Part shown: positions 56,645-64,000 of the stretch, piece after piece
Layout: every line of letters begins with the position of its first letter
Numbering within the stretch: position 1 is the stretch's first letter
IMG/VR virus record: IMGVR_UViG_3300025809_002164
Span: 1-64,000 of that record
Direction: 5' to 3' (one strand)
Source of the DNA: a virus
Length of the DNA: 64,000 nucleotides
Notes under the pieces: model-generated
What the model was told of the DNA's origin: nothing
Database searches by the model: none
Seen by the model: the letters and a program-made list of their open reading frames with translations, nothing else
Position numbers and translations under genes: made by a program

Positions 56645-57907
56645 TTAGTTAGGTATAACTCCCTCTATTATAGGCATCCAGTCTTTAGATTTAGAGTGAG
56701 GCCAAATTAGCCATGATTTAGGTAATTCTGAAGCTTCGAAATTTCTCCACAGTCTGACAAATTCGTCTTTAGGATTATCCTCTAGTAAGTTTTTAACTTC
56801 ATCTTCTGATGCATCTAGCCTTACCATTTCTTTTCCGTTTTTATCCTTAAATGCAATAACCCATACATCATAATCATTTTCAGTAAATGTAGGTTTATGA
56901 ACATCGATACAATACTTAAAGTCAGACACAAAACTTTTTTCGTATTGAGACTTAATGGAAAACGGAACGGGGGGAGGCTTTCTATCTATAGTGAATTGTT
57001 GAATTTTTCTATCTTTGAAACGTATCCCGGAGTATTGCTCGTAATCCTTAAGCGATCTAACTTTTCCGAGCCCATACTTAGGTATATGCTGCCTTCTGAG
57101 GGAATCCATACCGTGAAGCTTTCTGTATCTAGTGAAACTATCTTTGTTTAATTTTTCCCATTTATCTACATCATCCCAATGCCTAGACCTGCCCTCCCTG
57201 GTGTAGTGATGCCAAACCCAGGGTCTGTGGAGATGGAATAGATCATAACCCCAAGTATATGCCCTAGTGCTTAAAGAGCTTTCTTCTCCATGAAAGTATA
57301 ATTTAGGATCGTATGGAACTTCCTCGCAAAACAAACCAAGAGTAAATATAAAATGACCACTAATGAACCTAGCTCTCTCTGGGGAAGAGCCTTCCCAGTT
57401 ATTAATTGTCTCTGGGAAAATAAATATGGGACCTTCCGGCATAAACCTATCGATGTATGTTCTCCATACATCGTCAAGCCTTTTCTCTCCTTTAATGTCT
57501 GGGTCGTATGAGGGTAGGTAGGATGATAGTAGGGGTTTTTTACTTCCTTCTTTTTTAAGCTGGTTTAAAGTTTCTTTAAGCTTTAGATCCCAATCTTTAA
57601 TGAATCTATGGTGTGAGTCTAGCTGAAAATAGTACTCTTCTCCGTCGTATAGTTTTTGTATTTGATGTCGAGCATGGCATACCCCTAAACTATCTTTATA
57701 GTTAGTTTCAATTATTTTAAAGCTTTTTCTTTTTTTGTATTTACTTAAATCATTAATCTTATCTTCAGCTTTGAATTGGTTTGAGATTGCAAAAACTAGA
57801 TTCCTTGGATTCTTTGCATTTTTAAGGCAATTTTCTATCGTTGGAATTAACTCTGCATCCCTATAGCTAGCTATTGATATGAATATTTTATTTTTTTTCA
57901 TTTTCAA
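56645..57907 (-). CDS. Skp1-hydroxyproline GlcNAc-transferase-like protein (GT60), tandem paralog
   Basis: IFISIASYRDAEL, QLDSHHRF..WD, VPYDP.LYFHGEE, WGYD.F, G..RSL.DYE. Confidence 0.88.
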   Translation of the reverse strand: MKMKKNKIFISIASYRDAELIPTIENCLKNAKNPRNLVFAISNQFKAEDKINDLSKYKKRKSFKIIETNYKDSLGVCHARHQIQKLYDGEEYYFQLDSHHRFIKDWDLKLKETLNQLKKEGSKKPLLSSYLPSYDPDIKGEKRLDDVWRTYIDRFMPEGPIFIFPETINNWEGSSPERARFISGHFIFTLGLFCEEVPYDPKLYFHGEESSLSTRAYTWGYDLFHLHRPWVWHHYTREGRSRHWDDVDKWEKLNKDSFTRYRKLHGMDSLRRQHIPKYGLGKVRSLKDYEQYSGIRFKDRKIQQFTIDRKPPPVPFSIKSQYEKSFVSDFKYCIDVHKPTFTENDYDVWVIAFKDKNGKEMVRLDASEDEVKNLLEDNPKDEFVRLWRNFEASELPKSWLIWPHSKSKDWMPIIEGVIPN

Positions 57908-58985
57908 AGATTTTATTTATAGTATAGTAAAAAAAGTCTTTCAATTTTCCATCAGATTCTAGTAGGTTTAATAATTTCAAATCACCTTGAATTTTATCAG
58001 GGCATTCTAATTTTTTTTCTCTTATTTCTTTTAACATTTCTTCATCTATAGATATCCATGCCCCTTTTTTCTCTATGAATCCCCACAGGTATAACATATC
58101 TATTATTTCTTTCTCTCTCCATATCGAATTACCGTTTGTTCTTCCGTATTTAATTGGGTATCTGATTTCTGCTCCGGTTTTTTCGTTTATACTTTTTCTG
58201 AATTTTATTTTACAATAATGACCTATAGGGTTACCCTTGTCTTCAATCCTTGTGGCTGATGGATTCTCCCACATTATGTCACTGGTGTATCTTTCTCCAA
58301 ATTCCAAAATGAAATTTGCATAGTGCTTTATAGCATTACCTCCAGCCTGTTTTGCTTTTGGTCCACCTCTAGATGCATAAGGGTTAGATGAAACCTCGAC
58401 TCTAACCTGAGATGTCAGTATCATCATGTGTCCCATTTTGGTAATAGGCAGGACCATTTTTTTAAGGAAGACGGAAGTTACTAAAGCTCCGCCGGCAACC
58501 TGTTCACTTTCTGAAAATGGCTTATCCATATCGTTCATTCTGCATAATGCATCTACACTATCGACAATAAACATATACCTCTTGCCGTCATCATTATTAA
58601 AAACTAAATCTCGTATAAGTTCGAAAACTTTTTCGAAAATATTGCAATCAAATACGAAGAACTTCTCAGGGTCTAGGTCTAGTCCAGACCTAGCTAGCAT
58701 TTCCTTGCTCAGTCTACCTTCGCTTTTTATTACGACAACCATTCCTTTGTTGCCGAAATGTTTCTGGAAATTTTTAGCTACAGATAAAGCACAGCTTGTC
58801 TTGCCTCCTTCGTTTACTCCTGTGAATCTGTGAGCTCCGGAAGGTAATCCTCCGCCTAAGGCTAAGTCTAAATTCAAGCTTCCACTCGGTATTTTATAGT
58901 CTTCTTCGTTGAAGTGATTGAAGTGGTATTTTTTATTATCCTTATTGTCTAAGAATTTATTTATTTGATCTAATGTTGAACTCAT
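57888..58985 (-). CDS. recA: RecA/UvsX-like recombinase
   Basis: SGSLNLDLALGGG, G.NEGGKT, IVDSVD, SQVR, GG.A.KHY. Confidence 0.9.
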   Translation of the reverse strand: MSSTLDQINKFLDNKDNKKYHFNHFNEEDYKIPSGSLNLDLALGGGLPSGAHRFTGVNEGGKTSCALSVAKNFQKHFGNKGMVVVIKSEGRLSKEMLARSGLDLDPEKFFVFDCNIFEKVFELIRDLVFNNDDGKRYMFIVDSVDALCRMNDMDKPFSESEQVAGGALVTSVFLKKMVLPITKMGHMMILTSQVRVEVSSNPYASRGGPKAKQAGGNAIKHYANFILEFGERYTSDIMWENPSATRIEDKGNPIGHYCKIKFRKSINEKTGAEIRYPIKYGRTNGNSIWREKEIIDMLYLWGFIEKKGAWISIDEEMLKEIREKKLECPDKIQGDLKLLNLLESDGKLKDFFYYTINKIFENEKK

Positions 58986-59314
58986 AATAAGAAACTTCTG
59001 ATTGTTTTTGGTTTTACTTCTATGAGTATATCATCTCCAGACTTATCTGTCAAGATTATTTTGTCAGGCTTTGGAAGTACATAATGGAACTCTTTGTATT
59101 TTTTATCAAGTAAATATTTTCCGTAATCTGATTTCAAAACAATCAAGGAGTCCCAGTCTTGTTTGAATTGAACCTTTTCCCAGAACTCTATATTAGGGTA
59201 TAGAGCCATTAAGTCCTTGAGCATTTTATATTCCCTACTCCAGAATGGACCCTTGATTGATTTTGGAGGAGTTATTATTCTTAATACTATTTGCTTTTTA
59301 TTTAAAGACATCAA
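58982..59314 (-). CDS. Hypothetical protein
   Basis: 110 aa, coupled to recA; TTGACT-17-TAGCAT promoter at 59318-59346. Confidence 0.6.
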   Translation of the reverse strand: MMSLNKKQIVLRIITPPKSIKGPFWSREYKMLKDLMALYPNIEFWEKVQFKQDWDSLIVLKSDYGKYLLDKKYKEFHYVLPKPDKIILTDKSGDDILIEVKPKTIRSFLL

Positions 59315-59342
59315 AATATGCTAGCATACTTTGAGAAATAAG

Positions 59343-60941
59343 TCAAGCATTCATTAAAGCTTTCCAGCCGCAAGGTATACTTAGATTATTTTTGTCTAAC
59401 CCTCCGCATTTACAGTCAAATGAAGAGTCGGATCTTAAGTTGTTATCCCAGCAGCTTTGTAGCCAGTATTGGGAGTGAGGATATTGACTTGCAGGCTCAA
59501 CTTTGCAGGTTTCAAGGCAGAGGTCATATGCTGTATTTGGATTCATATCATCACAGTTGTCTCGCAAGTCTGAAGTGTTGTCCGTTCTTCCATAATCTCC
59601 ATACCAAATTTTGATGTTATAATTTAATGGATTAGTTGTGACTGAGTTGACAAAGTCTATCGAGTTGTTTTGGTGATTGACTGACCAAGTGATGGTTTCA
59701 TTTAGGGCGGTCCCTTGGTGGGGTCCTCCGCGTTGAAACCAGACATCTGTTAATTCTGTGGGATGATTCATTATATCTTCATTGCAGATATATTCTATTT
59801 CTATTCTGAACGTACCATCAGACTCTTCGTTGGATTTTACAAAAAAACCTTCCAGGCTCACTTCATAAGGATCTCCTGATTGAACCTCCACTCCTTCATT
59901 GTTATATATTTTAAAATCAAAACCTTTAAATGTTCCGTCTAGATACAATCCTCTACCCCAATTTGGGTCATCTGAAGGCACGTCTATCCATTGAAAGTCT
60001 TGCCCGGAGGTCATTACTTCCTCCTGTATTATGGGCTCGCATTCTTGATATAAGGATATAAAGGGAACATACGCAAGCTCGTCTTGATTGTTGTAAAAAA
60101 CCTCAGGGCCTCCTTGCAAAAGTTGAATGTAAAATTCGTACTCCTCAAAGCTATGAATGTCATGCTCGGTTTCCAACGATGCCTTTTGTTCTTCGTATGT
60201 TGTAGGGTCGGCAGGGATCCAAGGTTTATTAGTAACTCCTTCAGGAAAAGATACAGAAAAATTTGCTTGACTACCCGCTTCAGTATGGCTGCTGCTAAGG
60301 AAAAATATCCCTTCATTGCAGTATCTAGCAATACGGTCACCCTCTTGATTGCGAGCCTTCACTGCTCTTCTGTGGCAAATTTGGCACGAGTTATCAGATG
60401 AAATTCCATAAGTTGAATCCTTGCAGGGCTCTGTAGTATTATCTAAATAGTTATCTACTTCTAGGAATTTATCCCAATCAGGAAAAGAAACTTTTGCTTT
60501 ATGTAAATAAATATTTAAACCTTCCTCTATTCCATCATCAGAGACTATTTGGTCTGATTGAATCGCTGAACCTAATACAACATCGCCACCTTGAGTATTA
60601 ATCTCTATTAGGGATCCCTCTTTACCTATGTACCTGTTAGGGATGGTTATACTATCACTCTTGATGTAAATTCCTTCAAATGGCTGGTCGTGAGGTTCGT
60701 AGCCTATGGTAAGGTCTGGTATATGCAGCGACCCATCTAAGTTTGTGAAGTCGTGATACATTTCTTGATCCTTTATGCCCCCTTCAGCAAAATCTGAGTC
60801 CTTGTCTAACAATAGATTGCAGGCGGCAACCGAATTAAATTTAGGTTTATGGCTAACGCTTATGATATCTTTGTCTTTAGATAAAAAATACCTACCACCC
60901 TCTCCTTCGAGGTCTCTCATATTAGTAAATTCTTCTCTCAT
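59343..60941 (-). CDS. Acidic, Cys-containing hypothetical protein (possibly virion-associated)
   Basis: 532 aa, D/E-rich, beta-rich, C-terminal Cys cluster. Confidence 0.5.
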   Translation of the reverse strand: MREEFTNMRDLEGEGGRYFLSKDKDIISVSHKPKFNSVAACNLLLDKDSDFAEGGIKDQEMYHDFTNLDGSLHIPDLTIGYEPHDQPFEGIYIKSDSITIPNRYIGKEGSLIEINTQGGDVVLGSAIQSDQIVSDDGIEEGLNIYLHKAKVSFPDWDKFLEVDNYLDNTTEPCKDSTYGISSDNSCQICHRRAVKARNQEGDRIARYCNEGIFFLSSSHTEAGSQANFSVSFPEGVTNKPWIPADPTTYEEQKASLETEHDIHSFEEYEFYIQLLQGGPEVFYNNQDELAYVPFISLYQECEPIIQEEVMTSGQDFQWIDVPSDDPNWGRGLYLDGTFKGFDFKIYNNEGVEVQSGDPYEVSLEGFFVKSNEESDGTFRIEIEYICNEDIMNHPTELTDVWFQRGGPHQGTALNETITWSVNHQNNSIDFVNSVTTNPLNYNIKIWYGDYGRTDNTSDLRDNCDDMNPNTAYDLCLETCKVEPASQYPHSQYWLQSCWDNNLRSDSSFDCKCGGLDKNNLSIPCGWKALMNA

Positions 60942-60944
60942 TGA

Positions 60945-61718
60945 TTACTTTTTTTGAATTAAATTAGAAAAGTCATCCGTTGAGTATTGGCTTTGATTTG
61001 ACCTCTTGATTACGGAATGAACACAAATTCTAGTTTGATCTGAATGAGCTACATCTTGAGATGAGGCGGAGCTTGATTCTTCCCTGTCGAAGTCTTTTCT
61101 TGCTGGCAGTATGTTTATTTTTCTCTTATAGTCGGACGGGTAGATGTGAACTTTTGTGCCATCGTAATAAAATGCATTGCTTTTATCTTGATGAAATGCT
61201 ACATTTCCAGCTTCTATCCTTTCTAAATTGGGAAAAGAAACACTTCCATTTTTAACATGTATTTCTTTTGCGAAGATTCTAGCATCACATTCCGGGCCAG
61301 GGTTAGTGCTTGGAGTTAAGGCTGACGGCCCTATAGATAAATATGTTGAGTCAGATATGGAAACTTCCTTGTCGTGATTGGGTCCGAAGCATTCAACTTT
61401 CTTATCTTCGGGAATGCTGCTTGGGATGCTTGCATATTCAGCCAAGTGTGGAAATTTTCCATTTTCACCTATTGACCCAAGCTTTCCGAGGAATGGTAAT
61501 TTAGCATGACAATCATATTCAAACTTTGATAGCACTGTTTTTTCTTCAGGGTCGTTTTTTTGGGCGCCTCCTAGTAAGAAAAATTTGTCGTTTTGGTCTG
61601 GACTGTATACTCTTTCCTCTGATTGGGATACGGCATCTCCTACTTTTACCATTGAGCTTTTTTTTGCGGAATACCTAAGAAGGTCTTCATTGCTAATTAC
61701 GTCTATTAAGTCAGCCAT
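60945..61718 (-). CDS. Hypothetical protein
   Basis: 257 aa, co-transcribed with neighbours. Confidence 0.55.
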   Translation of the reverse strand: MADLIDVISNEDLLRYSAKKSSMVKVGDAVSQSEERVYSPDQNDKFFLLGGAQKNDPEEKTVLSKFEYDCHAKLPFLGKLGSIGENGKFPHLAEYASIPSSIPEDKKVECFGPNHDKEVSISDSTYLSIGPSALTPSTNPGPECDARIFAKEIHVKNGSVSFPNLERIEAGNVAFHQDKSNAFYYDGTKVHIYPSDYKRKINILPARKDFDREESSSASSQDVAHSDQTRICVHSVIKRSNQSQYSTDDFSNLIQKK

Positions 61719-61723
61719 AAAAT

Positions 61724-62377
61724 TTATTCCTCGTTGCAGGATTTTGGACTCCTTTCGAAAGCCTCATTAGGCAAACCTTCGTCGTCTAAAGAAATTCCCG
61801 GGGAATCTAGCTCCCATTTGGAGCTATTTCCGTGGACTACAACTTCAACATGGCTAATTATATTCTTGCCATTAATTGCCATTACAGGTATATCGCCTTC
61901 ACCGACATAAATGATCGAACTTTCAGCCTTGAAGTCTTCACCTTCAACATCTATGCCGACACTGGGGAAATCTTTACCTATTCCTAACTTTTCGAAATGT
62001 ATAGGTTTGCCGAAGCTTCCATCAAAAAAATCAAACTGATAAGTGCTCCACTTTTTGGAAGACGAGTTAAATTTTAAGCCAAAATTTTCGCCATAATCTG
62101 AGTCATCGAATTTATAATCTAGCTCGGATGATGTATCTGGGCAGTCAGACGTGTCTGTTTCTACTAGCAGCTGCTTCTCTTTTCCAAACTTAATCTTAGC
62201 GAATTGAAGTATCTGATCATGGAAATCATTATCATACATTCCAAGCCACCTGTAATCACTATCGTATATTTTATCCTGTATGGCTACATAATATTCTTCG
62301 TCTGAATTGTAGTCGTCTTTATCTATGAATTCTATTTCTTTATTTATTAAAGATTTATTTAGGCTTAAAGCTTCCAT
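61724..62377 (-). CDS. Acidic hypothetical protein (tail-fibre-like LGIG...P...IDV.G motif)
   Basis: KLGIGKDFPSVGIDVEG. Confidence 0.45.
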   Translation of the reverse strand: MEALSLNKSLINKEIEFIDKDDYNSDEEYYVAIQDKIYDSDYRWLGMYDNDFHDQILQFAKIKFGKEKQLLVETDTSDCPDTSSELDYKFDDSDYGENFGLKFNSSSKKWSTYQFDFFDGSFGKPIHFEKLGIGKDFPSVGIDVEGEDFKAESSIIYVGEGDIPVMAINGKNIISHVEVVVHGNSSKWELDSPGISLDDEGLPNEAFERSPKSCNEE

Positions 62378-62391
62378 AACTTATTTAAAAC

Positions 62392-62556
62392 TTAACTCCT
62401 GTCTAGTTTCCCTATTGTTATGGTTAAATTTTTTAAAATATATTCAGGTAGGATGTTTTTGTTTTTGGTTTCTTTAGTCTTTTTTAAGAGAGAGTCTCCT
62501 TTTTTGACGAAAACATGATCTAGATCGCCGGCAGGCTCTGAGCATTCTTGTGGCAT
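62392..62556 (-). CDS. Small hypothetical protein (54 aa)
   Basis: Manual ORF MPQECSEPAGDLDHVFVKKG...; GTGTA 10 nt upstream. Confidence 0.4.
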   Translation of the reverse strand: MPQECSEPAGDLDHVFVKKGDSLLKKTKETKNKNILPEYILKNLTITIGKLDRS

Positions 62557-62591
62557 AAAGTATATATACACATAATTTATTTCATAAAGAA

Positions 62592-63605
62592 TTAAAAATC
62601 ATCATCAAGGGAGCCGCTTTGTTGGTATTCTCTAACCCTCCTCTCGAAAAAATTACCCATAGCTTGAACATCAACAACTTCACCTAGCCAAGGGAAAGGA
62701 TTTTTATCGCTAGGAAATCTGTAATCTAAACCAATAGCCTCAAGCCTCCTGTTACCTATGTAGTGCATATAGTCCACAAACATTTCTGCATTTAGACCCA
62801 GTATTCCAGTTGGAAGTACATCATGAGCATAAGCTATTTCAAGCTCGACAGCTTTTTTGATATGCTCTACGAATTCTTCTTGTATTGATTTTGTCCAAAT
62901 AGATGGGTTTTGTTCTATTAATGTGTTTATTAAATATGTACCAAATGCGATATGAGAACTTTCGTCTCTAAGGGTGTATTTAATTTGGTCTGATATACCC
63001 TGAAGCTTGTTCTGTCTACCTAAAGCTAGGAGCATAGCGAATCCGCTAAAGAAAAAAGTTCCTTCACAAACGATCCAATAAGTCAAGAAGTTTCTTAAAA
63101 TTTCTTGCTTGCCCGACTTAGTTTCTGGGTTAAAATCTGACCTACCTAGGTCGTTAGTTATACCCATAAGGAAGTCATCCTTAGCTTTTATGCTTGGTAT
63201 TGTTTCGTAGGCATTAAATACTTCCTCTACATCAAGGTCTAGGCTATCGCAGATATATACTACCGTGAGGTTGTGAAGGCTTTCTTCAAAAGCTTGACGA
63301 AGTATGTACTGCCTGCACTCAGCATCCGTAACATATTTGAAGGCACTAAGCAAAAGATTATTACCAACAAGAGACTCAGATCCAGCAAAAAACCCAAGGC
63401 AGCGCTTAACAAGTAGTTTCTCATCTTCAGAAATTTCATTATTTTTCCATTGTTTTATGTCGTCTTGCATGGAAATCTCGGTAGGCATCCAGTTATTTGC
63501 GCAACTTTTTAAGAAAAGGTCCCATGCAAACTTATGTTTATGTGGTAAAATTCTATTTACCCCTGCAATATTTTTAGTTAAAAGTTCTCCGGTTTTTGTT
63601 TCCAT
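62592..63605 (-). CDS. nrdB: Ribonucleotide reductase beta subunit, class Ic (R2c)-like
   Basis: W.PTE..M..D, FFAGSESLV, EESLH, EG.FF.SGF, RDESSH, NFFE..V.EYQ; TTGACT-17-TATCAT promoter at 63645-63673. Confidence 0.92.
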   Translation of the reverse strand: METKTGELLTKNIAGVNRILPHKHKFAWDLFLKSCANNWMPTEISMQDDIKQWKNNEISEDEKLLVKRCLGFFAGSESLVGNNLLLSAFKYVTDAECRQYILRQAFEESLHNLTVVYICDSLDLDVEEVFNAYETIPSIKAKDDFLMGITNDLGRSDFNPETKSGKQEILRNFLTYWIVCEGTFFFSGFAMLLALGRQNKLQGISDQIKYTLRDESSHIAFGTYLINTLIEQNPSIWTKSIQEEFVEHIKKAVELEIAYAHDVLPTGILGLNAEMFVDYMHYIGNRRLEAIGLDYRFPSDKNPFPWLGEVVDVQAMGNFFERRVREYQQSGSLDDDF

Positions 63606-63691
63606 GTTGTATATATCGTTATGATTGAATAATCAGATCACATTATGATAATGCAAAATGCAAAAGAAGTCAAGACTTAAATGTAATAACT

Positions 63692-64000
63692 CTAACCTTT
63701 ATAGACCGCACAGACCGAAAGGCCTTGATTGGCAACCACTGTTGTGTATAAGGCTATTTTGCCATCAAAATTCATTCCGACACTTGGAGTGAAGTCAAAA
63801 TTTGCCGCCCCTGAAGTTGGAACTGTGAATTTTATTATTCCTTGCGTATTATTTTTTATAACTATGACTTCATTCATAGAGGCATTGCCAGTTACGCTAG
63901 CTTGAACTCCATAAAGAATTGAGGGGCCAGAAGTGAAATCGCCAGCAGACGTAAGCCTTTTGACGGTAGCCGCAGAATTAACTCCGCTAATGTTAGCATT
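63692..64000 (-). CDS. Putative small structural protein, 3' part (frame open to the window end)
   Basis: In-frame upstream extension NANISGVNSAATVKRLTSAGDFTSGPSILYGVQASVTG; G/A/S/T/V-rich beta composition. Confidence 0.5.
   Translation of the reverse strand, partial: NANISGVNSAATVKRLTSAGDFTSGPSILYGVQASVTGNASMNEVIVIKNNTQGIIKFTVPTSGAANFDFTPSVGMNFDGKIALYTTVVANQGLSVCAVYKG

Noticed and set aside
3064-63624. Plus-strand ORFs antisense to long genes (e.g. 3064..3366, 35788..36096, 58426..58833, 63304..63624)
   Set aside because: Fully nested opposite well-supported genes, with no recognisable motifs or upstream signals
1-64000. Alternative genetic code (stop-codon reassignment) as seen in some large phages
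   Set aside because: Conserved genes are full length under the standard code, and TAA, TAG and TGA all occur as genuine stops
1-64000. Bacterial chromosome or eukaryotic giant virus origin
   Set aside because: No ribosomal or housekeeping operons and many short orphan genes argue against a cell; DnaE, DnaB, sigma factors, sigma70 promoters and tmRNA argue against a eukaryotic virus. No capsid or terminase gene is in this window, so the phage call remains inferential

Overview
This AT-rich window is densely coding, almost entirely on the minus strand, and looks like part of a large (jumbo-type) dsDNA bacteriophage. A PVC-superphylum host (Verrucomicrobia/Planctomycetes-like) is suggested by an SHD1-domain exported protein, a class Ic-type RNR beta subunit and the lack of obvious Shine-Dalgarno sites; this host call is inference. 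Core phage functions are a three-piece DnaE polymerase (PHP, exonuclease and catalytic genes), primase, DnaB, RecA, RuvB, a Cas4/AddB-like nuclease, NrdB, dNMP kinase, ClpC, two sigma-like proteins, a C5 methyltransferase and a tmRNA. The most striking content is a probable phage-encoded sulfated and O-methylated glycan system. A ~16.5 kb island (8.2-24.7 kb) carries nine Sulfotransfer_2-family genes interleaved with diverse glycosyltransferases and methyltransferases. It is headed by a pyrophosphatase and an APS-kinase/HIGH-nucleotidyltransferase fusion that may be a minimal PAPS synthase. Several sulfotransferases share near-identical 3' DNA tails that could act as recombination anchors. A second island (50.1-57.9 kb) has two Skp1-GlcNAc-transferase-like (GT60) genes, a four-domain fusion and a tenth sulfotransferase. 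Other oddities are a long, basic tmRNA tag, an apparently catalytically dead UvsE paralog, and two upstream signal classes (sigma70-like TTGACW-N17-TAnnnT with near-leaderless starts, and a GTGTA motif about 9-13 nt before start codons). All family assignments come from motif recognition by eye; no searches were run.
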